A stretch of 15,026 nucleotides of DNA from Chlamydiia bacterium (GCA_049314435.1 JBMOFD010000046.1:1-15026); one strand, 5' to 3'; positions 1-8,046 are shown, numbered from the stretch's first letter. Translations and numbers: made by a program. The notes: a model not told the origin generated them from the sequence alone.

Positions 1-3000
1 CAATTGGCTCAGATTGCGGCGCGTGTAAACGAGCCCGCTAACCAGCTGCAGCTTCCTCGCCGCAGATCTTCATCACTCTCATCCTCCTCTTCTAGTTCTG
101 ACAGCTTCAGATCCGCCTCTACGGGCGGATCATCCCCTCCCCCTACCTCTGCATCAAGCTTGTCTTCTGCAAGGCGTCGTGGTCCTCCATCGTCCATATC
201 GATACCTTCAACGTCATCGTATGACAGTTCAACTGCCACGACAACGTCCTCCTCAGAGTGGGGCACTCCTTCCGCTGCGTCGCAGAGCGCTTTACTCGAA
301 GCCCAACAGTTAATTCAACAACAAGCCCTAGAACTAGAGCGGCTCAGGGGTCGACTGGCCCAGCAACCATTGCCGCCCCAGTCATCGCCTGTGCAAGACA
401 ATGCCCAGCTTAAAGTGGTTGAAGGCCAGCTCCAAGAGGCGACTGCACTACAGCTAGAAAGAGCACGTGCGACCCAACTCGAGGGGGAGCTAGATGCCGC
501 TCGGCAACAAGCTCTCGCTCAGAACCAGACGGTTATCGCAGCGCGGAGCGCCTTGCCAGGACTTCAATCCGACGTTGCTGCGCTAGGGTCCCAAATCGAG
601 TCCCTCAACCAGCAGCATGAGAGAGATCGCCTGGCGGTCACCGCCCTCACCAACGAAAGGGATCATCAATCCCAACAGATTGACGACCTAAGAGATCGTC
701 TCCGACAAGCAATAGCAGCTGGCGAAGAGCACCAAGTTGAAGCCCGTAACGCGAAAGCCAAGACCTCCAATTTGCAGCGAGAATACGAAGAGCTCAAACA
801 ACAAAGGCAGCAACTCACCACTTCGGCACAGGAGCCTGCGCAACAACCCGGCGGTGTATCCGATAGAGCTATTAATGCCTTAGCCCTTTCTAAGAAGGCA
901 TCAGGGGGCATCTCTCGCATAACGGCTGAAAATAGAGCCCTCAAGCAGGAGGGCGAAGCACTTCGCTCCGTCAATCAGGCTCTTACCAAAGAGATTGACG
1001 CCCTCAAGAAACAAATCCGATCCCCATCTGATGATCATGAAGCTGACCTGGCAGAACAGCGCTCCCAAGAAGAGGATCTGCGTCTGGTCGTTCAACAAGT
1101 CACAGCTCTCCAAAACGAGAACACCCGGCTTCATCAAGAGCTTGATACTCTTAGTCGCCAAGGCCAGGTCACCTCCCCTGAAATCACGGAGCTAAGAAAC
1201 CAACTAACGAAGTCCGATCGACGCATCGCGGACCTTGATAGTAATCTTGCTAAGGCCCGTGACGATGGGCGTCGACTCAATGACGACAATCAACAACTTC
1301 TACGAACCCAGCGAACCAGTGAGCTCGCAGCGAAGTCTGCGACCGGTCGGGTCAGCATATTAGAGGCCGAGAACAAAATCCTAGGCGACCAAGTGGCCAG
1401 CTTACAACATGCGCGGAACATAGCCAAAGATGACGCCAAGCGTGCTAAGCAAGTAGGGGAACCCTCTAACCATGAAGTAGCCCGTCTTAGACAACGTGCA
1501 GATGCTGCCGAACTAGAGGCGCGGCAAACCAAGGCATTGCTTGCTCCCCAGCAGGAAGCGCTTTTACGGGCCCAGGAGCAAGTTAGAAACGCTCAAGTTA
1601 CCGTTCAAGACCTAGCACATGAGATAGAAGTTAATCAGGCAGAGCTAAATACCCTGCGTCACCAGCAGCAAATTATCGAAGATGTGTCAACTCTACCGCA
1701 AGCGCAGGCTCTGCTAGGCGATATAGGCTCTAGCAGTCAAGCCCCTGTTGGGCTAACCGGGTTACTCGGAGCGGCCCAAACAAAAATCAATCAACTCAAG
1801 CAGACTATTGTAGACCAAGCTAAGACAGTCGACGACGCATCACATTTGCTACAGCGAAAGTCTCAGCTGCTTGAAGATGCTCAGCAACAAGCGCAACAAA
1901 CCGAGCCGGAGCTCATGACGCTTCGGGCCCAGATTGATGACTTTCAACAGCGTGAAGAAGCGCTTGAGCAGCAACAGGCCCCCTCGACCGCAACATCAAG
2001 CTCCTCTTCCGGCAGTGTCTCACCACCACAGTCCAGGATCGTGCGAAGCCCAACTCCCCCTCCTCAAAATGTACCGCCATCTGTCACAACAGAAGAGTTC
2101 TCTCGTGTGCAGCAACAGGTAGAGGCCCTAGAGCGCCTTAGAGACGCAAACCAAACAGAGATCGCCCATCTCGCATCTGAGAACAGCTCCATTAAGGCGA
2201 GAATGAAGGACGTTCTTAAGGAGTATCAGGATCTCACCGACGAAGTCCTAAAACGAGAGTCCGCCGCCGCTCAGTCGCGTGGACTGGACAAGGGCCCGGG
2301 AGAGGCCGCTCGAGAAATGTTGCTCTCACAGGAACTTCGTGACTTACAGGCACTCAATCAAGAACTCGCAGAGCGACTGGCTGCCCTGACCCGTCCGGTT
2401 ACCGCAGAGAGGGGCATTCAAACGGAGTCCTACGCGGATAGCGCCTCCGGACTGCCTTTTGCTGACTACTCAGGAGACCTTTCCAGCGAGTTTCCTGCGA
2501 CGCAATCCAAGAAGGCCAAGGGGTCCACAGTGCGCCCTGTCATACCTGTTCTTCAACTGCACTCAAGCTCGTCGTCCAGTCCTTTGGGCACCTCGCGTTC
2601 TACCATTACGGGGCAATCCACCGGAACTCCAGAGACTCCAGTCAAGACCAACAGAAGAGTGCCTCCACCCCCCAGCGGAGCTCTTCCCAAAGTCCCCGCT
2701 GAAATGACTCCCAGGCAAATAGTCTTCTCCAGAATCAGAGGAGACGTTGCAGAAGGAAGCCTGACCGCTAGGTCCCCGACAAACACAAACAAGCCCGACA
2801 TTCTTGGTCATACACCCACAGAGACCCCGCGCCAGAGGTCAGCGCGAGAAAGCACCATGCATCCCTTCCCGGAGCCAATTGCTCACCTCCCGGCTAGAGA
2901 GAGCCCGATCGCGCAGACTCCACAGGAGTACATTATTAAGCCAACCGACATTCAAATGGCCGACCTAATCGACGACCCAAACCTTGACCAGGCCATTCGG

Positions 3001-4470
3001 GCGACCTTTGAGACCCTTGATACTTCGCAGGCAGCACCCCGCACCTACCCCTCGGTCATGGACCCAGTGGATCGGGCCAGTCAATGGGTATCTCATTTAG
3101 ATAATGCATCACCCGAAGATCTGGGCGCTGCGCAGAAAGTCTTCTATGAAACACTTCTACCCGCGAGTGGCCCCAGGCCAACCTCGCTTCTCAACGCGGA
3201 GGATTGCCCAGATCCACTTACGAATGAACGAGACTTCGCCAATTGGCGGGAACAAGTCGGCCACGTTGCTTGGGATGCGTTCACCCGCGAAGCTCACCGC
3301 ATAGTGGACGAGCAAGTAGCTGCTGAAGCGCCGGTCTCTCCTCAGGGGGCGACCAAACCACCAGAGCCTGAATCTGCAACGTTTGCCTTTCCTATGCGGG
3401 GCGAATTCGTCGAGGAGGGCGATGAGCGGCTCCCCATGTTACCAAGCCCACAGATACAGCAGGAGGCTGTTGAAGCGATATTTAGGGCCGTGGCAGAATC
3501 CCCTCAACCAGGCCTGATAGACCAACCTGCAATCACCCCAATCGAAGTCATTGATAGGCTTCGAAGGACGGAGGCATTCATAGAGGCGCTGTATAACGCC
3601 ATTACTGATGCCAGAGCTGGATCGGGTGCGAGCAGTCTACCTGCCGGCAAACTACTCAATGTCGATTTAAAGTCAGTTCTTCAAGGCAGATTGAATACCC
3701 TTAAAGCCAATCGAAGAGAAATACCCAGTGACCTATTAGCCAGAATCATCAACTTCCTTCGTTGGAGTGCTCTACCTCGTCCAGCCGCGCATGGGAACTG
3801 GGAAGGCAAGCAAGCCGACTATGACTTCAGCTCGGCTGGTACTGACAGGACTCCTAAGCTCAAAGAGGTGAAAGCCGCTCTGGCAAAGATCGGGACACCA
3901 AATGCTCTCTTGGACAAAGCGAACAAAGAAGCTCGGCAAGAATATCTTTGGGAGGCGTTGCGCTCTTGGGATGAGGATTTCATTCGAAACAAAGGTGGCC
4001 GTCGCTACGCGGTCCGTCCGCCCGCCGAATTCAGGGTGCAAGCACCTCCTCCTCCTGGTCCGACCCCTCGAGGCACCCCACACTATCTAAGGGAAACCAC
4101 GTCGACAAAGGCTAAATGGACGCCAAAAGCACCCCCATCCGACCTATCGTTACGCGCTAGCCGGCGCTCCGCTCCATCAGCAGCAGAGTCTCCTCCACAG
4201 GGTCGACGTCTCTTTTCAACTCCCGAGAAGACTCCAGACTCCACTTCGACCCGTCATCCTTCTGCCAAGAAGCGAACATCAGGGACACGGCCTCAATCAC
4301 CCGTAGTCACCAACGCATCCACGGAGTCCTCGCGAAAGAGCGCCACTACGCCGTCCGCACCTGCAGCTGCCAGAACATCCGGGAAAAACCACAAGTCAAA
4401 AGGGAAGACCACAGCTGGTCAGACACACTCTCCGAGCGACGATTCCCCACGGGGCAAGAAGAAGCGCTAA
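1..4470 (+). CDS. Very large low-complexity/coiled-coil protein, 5'-truncated by the window edge; candidate secreted effector
   Basis: Frame is open from base 1 (caa ttg gct...) to TAA at 4468-4470, so the TTG at 4 is probably not the true start. Ser-rich N-terminal part, Q/E/L/A/R-rich heptad-like region (about aa 95-660 and 695-795), then Pro/Ser/Thr-rich disordered segments, a possibly folded helical region (about aa 1150-1335) and a basic tail ending PRGKKKR. No recognisable enzyme motif. Confidence 0.85.
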   Translation, partial: QLAQIAARVNEPANQLQLPRRRSSSLSSSSSSSDSFRSASTGGSSPPPTSASSLSSARRRGPPSSISIPSTSSYDSSTATTTSSSEWGTPSAASQSALLEAQQLIQQQALELERLRGRLAQQPLPPQSSPVQDNAQLKVVEGQLQEATALQLERARATQLEGELDAARQQALAQNQTVIAARSALPGLQSDVAALGSQIESLNQQHERDRLAVTALTNERDHQSQQIDDLRDRLRQAIAAGEEHQVEARNAKAKTSNLQREYEELKQQRQQLTTSAQEPAQQPGGVSDRAINALALSKKASGGISRITAENRALKQEGEALRSVNQALTKEIDALKKQIRSPSDDHEADLAEQRSQEEDLRLVVQQVTALQNENTRLHQELDTLSRQGQVTSPEITELRNQLTKSDRRIADLDSNLAKARDDGRRLNDDNQQLLRTQRTSELAAKSATGRVSILEAENKILGDQVASLQHARNIAKDDAKRAKQVGEPSNHEVARLRQRADAAELEARQTKALLAPQQEALLRAQEQVRNAQVTVQDLAHEIEVNQAELNTLRHQQQIIEDVSTLPQAQALLGDIGSSSQAPVGLTGLLGAAQTKINQLKQTIVDQAKTVDDASHLLQRKSQLLEDAQQQAQQTEPELMTLRAQIDDFQQREEALEQQQAPSTATSSSSSGSVSPPQSRIVRSPTPPPQNVPPSVTTEEFSRVQQQVEALERLRDANQTEIAHLASENSSIKARMKDVLKEYQDLTDEVLKRESAAAQSRGLDKGPGEAAREMLLSQELRDLQALNQELAERLAALTRPVTAERGIQTESYADSASGLPFADYSGDLSSEFPATQSKKAKGSTVRPVIPVLQLHSSSSSSPLGTSRSTITGQSTGTPETPVKTNRRVPPPPSGALPKVPAEMTPRQIVFSRIRGDVAEGSLTARSPTNTNKPDILGHTPTETPRQRSARESTMHPFPEPIAHLPARESPIAQTPQEYIIKPTDIQMADLIDDPNLDQAIRATFETLDTSQAAPRTYPSVMDPVDRASQWVSHLDNASPEDLGAAQKVFYETLLPASGPRPTSLLNAEDCPDPLTNERDFANWREQVGHVAWDAFTREAHRIVDEQVAAEAPVSPQGATKPPEPESATFAFPMRGEFVEEGDERLPMLPSPQIQQEAVEAIFRAVAESPQPGLIDQPAITPIEVIDRLRRTEAFIEALYNAITDARAGSGASSLPAGKLLNVDLKSVLQGRLNTLKANRREIPSDLLARIINFLRWSALPRPAAHGNWEGKQADYDFSSAGTDRTPKLKEVKAALAKIGTPNALLDKANKEARQEYLWEALRSWDEDFIRNKGGRRYAVRPPAEFRVQAPPPPGPTPRGTPHYLRETTSTKAKWTPKAPPSDLSLRASRRSAPSAAESPPQGRRLFSTPEKTPDSTSTRHPSAKKRTSGTRPQSPVVTNASTESSRKSATTPSAPAAARTSGKNHKSKGKTTAGQTHSPSDDSPRGKKKR

Positions 4471-4475
4471 CCCCG

Positions 4476-5204
4476 CTACACCCTCAAGCCCCCACCCAGC
4501 TCGAAGCTCCCCCCGGTCAGGGAGGGGCAGCCGGGCTGGAGCAACCAAGTTACCAGCTCCAGCAGCTCGGAGGTCTCCATCGGATGGCCTCGTGGTGGAA
4601 AAGGCAGTGAAGATTCTCCCTTCTCATCATGTTCACATATGCCTGGTGCCATCGAATGCACTCGGACACCCTTGGGAGCCAGCTCTAAGGCTAGACAGCG
4701 TGTCAGCTGATGCAGTGCGCTTTTGGTGACGGAATAGGCCGGACTGGCTGGGTCGGCTCGAGGAGTCGTTACCCCTGGGTGCGTGAGATGCAGCACCACT
4801 CCCTTTGTCGCTTGAAGTCGTTCGATGCATCCACGTGTGATCTGCAGGGGCGCTTCCAGATTCAACGCTAACAGATCACGAAAGAGCTCGGGCGTTGTCT
4901 CTTGCAGGGAGATCCGATCATAGCGAGCCGCGTTGTGCACGATGGCGTAGAGCGGCTCCCCTTGCTCCGTCACAGCACGAACTAGCTCATCACACTGCGC
5001 TGGATCTCGCAGATCTCCGCGAAAGACACCACGTACTCTCTCTGCTGGGATTTCGTCTAAAAGAGAATCGATAGGTGTCTGCGCATGATGGAGCCAGAGC
5101 GGCCATCCCTGCTGGGCTAGACCTATGGCTAAGGATCGTCCTAGGCCACGGGCTGCTCCCGTGATGAGCACAGCACCTGGAGGTGGTTGCTTAGGGTTCG
5201 CCAT
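4476..5204 (-). CDS. Short-chain dehydrogenase/reductase, FolM/pteridine-reductase-like
   Basis: TGAARGLG nucleotide-binding motif, HNAA, catalytic YSVTK (YxxxK), ELAPKGVRVHSMAPG and a LTGG..ELGGG C-terminus, all typical of SDRs. Overlaps the folB stop by 14 bp; GGAG upstream of the ATG. The pterin assignment rests on gene context. Confidence 0.85.
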   Translation of the reverse strand: MANPKQPPPGAVLITGAARGLGRSLAIGLAQQGWPLWLHHAQTPIDSLLDEIPAERVRGVFRGDLRDPAQCDELVRAVTEQGEPLYAIVHNAARYDRISLQETTPELFRDLLALNLEAPLQITRGCIERLQATKGVVLHLTHPGVTTPRADPASPAYSVTKSALHQLTRCLALELAPKGVRVHSMAPGICEHDEKGESSLPFPPRGHPMETSELLELVTWLLQPGCPSLTGGSFELGGGLRV

Positions 5205-5544
5205 CTCGACACTCCAGTGTCATGGACACATCCTGAAGATGAGGGAGGGCCTGAGGTTTATGCACTGTGAGCCGTAGATGCTTCCAGGTCATCTCCCGGC
5301 GCATGGCACGAGCCACGTTCAGGAGCAGTGTTTCCAACAGCTCACAGGGCAGTTGTGCCACGGTCGTCTGCAGCCAGCTACATAGCGCCGCATAGTCCAC
5401 AGTATTCTGTAGACGATCATCAAGGGGAACAGCAACCAGCGTAAGATCGAGATCCCAAATGAGCTCCTGGGGCGCTACTTTTTCCTCTGGATAGGCGCCG
5501 ATGATCGAGTGGGTGCGCACTCCACGCAAGTGCAGCGTCATCAT
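5191..5544 (-). CDS. folB: Dihydroneopterin aldolase
   Basis: MMTLHLRGVRTHSIIGAYPEEK...PQELIWDL...TVDYAAL...LLETL...VHKPQAL matches the FolB pattern (conserved Glu, DY, LLE, catalytic Lys in HKP). Start moved from 5583 to ATG 5544, which overlaps the upstream HAD stop as ATGA. Confidence 0.88.
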   Translation of the reverse strand: MMTLHLRGVRTHSIIGAYPEEKVAPQELIWDLDLTLVAVPLDDRLQNTVDYAALCSWLQTTVAQLPCELLETLLLNVARAMRREMTWKHLRLTVHKPQALPHLQDVSMTLECRDGEP

Positions 5545-6404
5545 GAGGACAGCTCTCCTCGCACGACTCGATCCATCGCCCACTGCAGAGCTGGGAGGAG
5601 GCCCTCCTGCTCTGCAGGGCCTGCTATGCGATCCGCAATGGACAGGAGAGCGGGAGGCGATCCCTCTATGGCGATCGCTATGTCGGCTACCTCGAGTAGG
5701 GTAAGATCATTGTTGTCGTTGCCCGCTCCAATCACGAGAAGGTGGGGCTGACCCAGTCGCTGCTTAAGACGGAGGATCGCATCCCCCTTATTGGCCTCGC
5801 GACTGGTGATCAGGACCAGGTCATACTCCGCATGGAAAGGGTCTTTGATACGGACAGCTCTACAGGAGTTCAGGATGGAGGTCAGTTGAGCTGCCGCTTT
5901 AGCACAGCTCTCTCGGCTCCCAAATAGCTTCACGAGCGGGAATCGGTCGGCGGGAAACTCCGTCCAGGAGGCGATCTCATGCCAAGCCTCCCCTCGCAGT
6001 GCACGTAACGTCTCGATGTGGGAGAGATGCTCAGGCGCATACCCCTCAGTGACCACGTAGGCAGCGTCCTGATGTGCAAAGCCTGCATAGACCACCATAC
6101 CTAGGTGGTTGGCGCGAGCGATCTCATCAATGGAGTCGAGGAGGCTCACCGGCAAGGTGCACTCCTCAAGGATGGTCTGCTCAGGCATCTTGAGGGTGAG
6201 GGATCCCTGCTGGAGAGCCATCCAAAATGGCACCTCAAGCGCGTTAACAGCCTGATGCGCAAAACCAAAGGCCCTTCCTGTGAGAAAGAACAGTCCCCAA
6301 CCTTGCCGCACAGCCTCCTCCAAAAAGAGTCGGGTGCGCTCGGGCATCACATCGGGCTTGGTGACGCAAGTCCCATCTAAATCTAAAGCAAGAAGACCAA
6401 TCAT
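5541..6404 (-). CDS. Cof-type (subfamily IIB) HAD hydrolase/phosphatase
   Basis: Motif I ALDLDGT, motif II LTGR, motif III NKG, motif IV GAGNDNNDLTLL; 287 aa with a C2 cap-sized insert. Confidence 0.92.
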   Translation of the reverse strand: MIGLLALDLDGTCVTKPDVMPERTRLFLEEAVRQGWGLFFLTGRAFGFAHQAVNALEVPFWMALQQGSLTLKMPEQTILEECTLPVSLLDSIDEIARANHLGMVVYAGFAHQDAAYVVTEGYAPEHLSHIETLRALRGEAWHEIASWTEFPADRFPLVKLFGSRESCAKAAAQLTSILNSCRAVRIKDPFHAEYDLVLITSREANKGDAILRLKQRLGQPHLLVIGAGNDNNDLTLLEVADIAIAIEGSPPALLSIADRIAGPAEQEGLLPALQWAMDRVVRGELSS

Positions 6405-6491
6405 AATGACAGAAGTCTAACGGATGGCTCGATTTGCATCCGATGTGCATCATGCACCCAAGATCCCCGTTGCGTGGAGCGGCTAAACGTC

Positions 6492-6803
6492 ATGGACATT
6501 GTCGAACAAGATCTGACTGGACAACTCGCCTACCTCTTTCTCGTCCTGATCCTGCTACTGGGGGGCGCGGTCATTGCCCTCTATCTCATCCGACGTTTCC
6601 TTCGCCATCGCTGGAACCCCACTGCTGGTGCTCGCTCCATCGAAGTTCTGGAACGCACGCAGGTCAGTCCCAAGACCACCCTCTTTCTCATCGAGGTGGA
6701 GGGCAGGAGGCTGCTCATCGCTGAGTCCTCCGACGAGGTCTGTCCGATTGCTGATTTGGCACGATTCAAATTAGAGATGCCGCCCAAGCCACCTGCTGTC
6801 TGA
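6492..6803 (+). CDS. FliO/FliZ-like small membrane protein
   Basis: One N-terminal TM helix followed by IEVLERTQVSPKTTLFLIEVEGRRLLIAES, the typical FliO beta-domain pattern. Start is ATG 6492 or GTG 6474. Confidence 0.75.
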   Translation: MDIVEQDLTGQLAYLFLVLILLLGGAVIALYLIRRFLRHRWNPTAGARSIEVLERTQVSPKTTLFLIEVEGRRLLIAESSDEVCPIADLARFKLEMPPKPPAV

Positions 6804-6821
6804 GCGGATCTGTAGAGACTT

Positions 6822-7199
6822 CTAGGCTCCGTTGAGAGAGACGAGGAGAGCAGCCTGAGATGCTGCACCAAGGATCAGGCCAGCCCAAAGCACGGGCTGA
6901 GCCGTGGTGCCCAAGATCATCCACTGCAGCAAGGCAGCAGCAGGACATGCCATCGCAATAACACTCAAACCGATAGCACTCCTTGCTATCGACACCACGT
7001 CGCCCCTTCCGGCCGTGGCTCCGCCAACGACCGCTGCAAGCGCTGCCGCTACGAGAGCCAGAGCTAGAGCGCCCACACCAGCTTTGGCAATCACGACGGC
7101 GCAAATGATCGCCGCCAGAGCCGGGGAGAGCTTGGCGGATTTTGAACTCTGTGTACAAACCGAGCCACTAAAGGTCTGGCTTACCGACCACATCAACAT
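6822..7199 (-). CDS. Small Ala-rich hydrophobic membrane protein (Inc-like), unknown function
   Basis: 125 aa; Ser/Thr-rich N-terminus then two long hydrophobic stretches; preceded by an AT-rich region with a promoter-like sequence. Confidence 0.6.
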   Translation of the reverse strand: MLMWSVSQTFSGSVCTQSSKSAKLSPALAAIICAVVIAKAGVGALALALVAAALAAVVGGATAGRGDVVSIARSAIGLSVIAMACPAAALLQWMILGTTAQPVLWAGLILGAASQAALLVSLNGA

Positions 7200-7232
7200 A
7201 CAGAGCCTGGTTTTATAAAGATTTAATTCTCA

Positions 7233-7262
7233 ATTGTACTCGGAATAGCGCATCTTTCTCAA
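7233..7262 (-). promoter_or_regulatory. Putative sigma70-type promoter for the 6822-7199 gene
   Basis: Minus strand TTGAGA-N18-TACAAT, ending 33 nt upstream of the ATG at 7199. Confidence 0.5.
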
Positions 7263-7362
7263 GATTCAGCATCTTAATGAACTAAGTCTGCTCCATGGCT
7301 AGAGGCCCCGAGCTCGCTCACCGGTAGGAGCACACGCCATCTAGTTGAATTCGGAGACTGAT

Positions 7363-7395
7363 GCCTTGCTGACGTCGCTAGGACATCAGCAAGGC
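7363..7395 (-). terminator. Stem-loop just downstream of the 7405-7836 gene (terminator or 3' stabilising hairpin)
   Basis: Minus strand GCCTTGCTGATGTC-CTAGC-GACGTCAGCAAGGC: 14-bp stem with one G-U pair, 9 nt after the stop codon; no poly-U tail. Confidence 0.5.
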
Positions 7396-7404
7396 CGAAA
7401 GGTA

Positions 7405-7836
7405 CTACCTTTGCGAGCCTCTTGTCGTCATGGCCTCTACGGTTAAGTGGTACACCGCTACAATTCCGGCTAGCGCAGTAAAACCACCACCGCTCAATAG
7501 CGCTAAGCATGCAAAGGCCCCCATCGAAATGCCCGCTATTGCCTTGAGCTTCGTATTCCTTGCCGACGTCTGTGCCGAAGCCGAGCGAACTACACCCTGG
7601 TTGTCTTGATGATCAGGTGAAGACCTGCTCGCCTTCATCGCCTTTTTCGCTATGTAGTACACCGCTACAACTCCGCCTAAAGAGGCGAAAGATTCGATCA
7701 TGCTCAACATCAAGATGCATGCACAGGCCGCAGCCACAATGACCGCACTTGCTGTCTGATTTTCAATTTCCGACACCTGCGCCGGAGCTGGAACGACCAT
7801 ACCACGACGGTCTAAATTATGATTTACAGATAGCAT
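7405..7836 (-). CDS. Small membrane protein made of two ~69-aa repeats, each with a long hydrophobic segment (Inc-like)
   Basis: 143 aa; hydrophobic aa ~31-63 and ~99-133; the internal repeat is visible at protein and DNA level; AT-rich upstream region and downstream hairpin. Confidence 0.7.
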   Translation of the reverse strand: MLSVNHNLDRRGMVVPAPAQVSEIENQTASAVIVAAACACILMLSMIESFASLGGVVAVYYIAKKAMKASRSSPDHQDNQGVVRSASAQTSARNTKLKAIAGISMGAFACLALLSGGGFTALAGIVAVYHLTVEAMTTRGSQR

Positions 7837-7993
7837 ACATCGCCATGATTACATTGTTTAAGGAAAATACGTTTAGTTATTGTTGCGCGTGAAATGTATT
7901 CGGTCGAATCAATTAACTATCTATGAGAGCTCTTCTATCCAGCCGAGCGGGGAACCGAGCCGCACATGGCCATGACAGGAGTCCTCCCCGATC

Positions 7994-8042
7994 TTGACGA
8001 ACAAAGTTTAAACTTATATTTTACCTTTAGGACTTAGGAGGT
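7994..8042 (+). promoter_or_regulatory. Putative sigma70-type promoter and Shine-Dalgarno of glgP
   Basis: TTGACG (7994-7999)-N17-TATTTT (8017-8022); AGGAGGT at 8036-8042, 4 nt before ATG 8047. Confidence 0.6.
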
Positions 8043-8046
8043 CGGG

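Noticed and set aside
4..4470. SxIP/SxLP EB1-binding motifs (SALP, STLP, SGLP, SSLP) in the large protein
   Set aside because: Four-residue matches are expected by chance in such a Ser/Pro-rich sequence, and several fall in coiled-coil or acidic context.
5545..5583. N-terminal extension of folB given in the ORF track
   Set aside because: Overlaps the HAD gene; FolB similarity begins at MMTLHL and the ATGA coupling supports 5544.
7274..7510. 78-aa minus-strand ORF
   Set aside because: Overlaps the 143-aa gene in another frame and runs through its downstream hairpin; no coding features.
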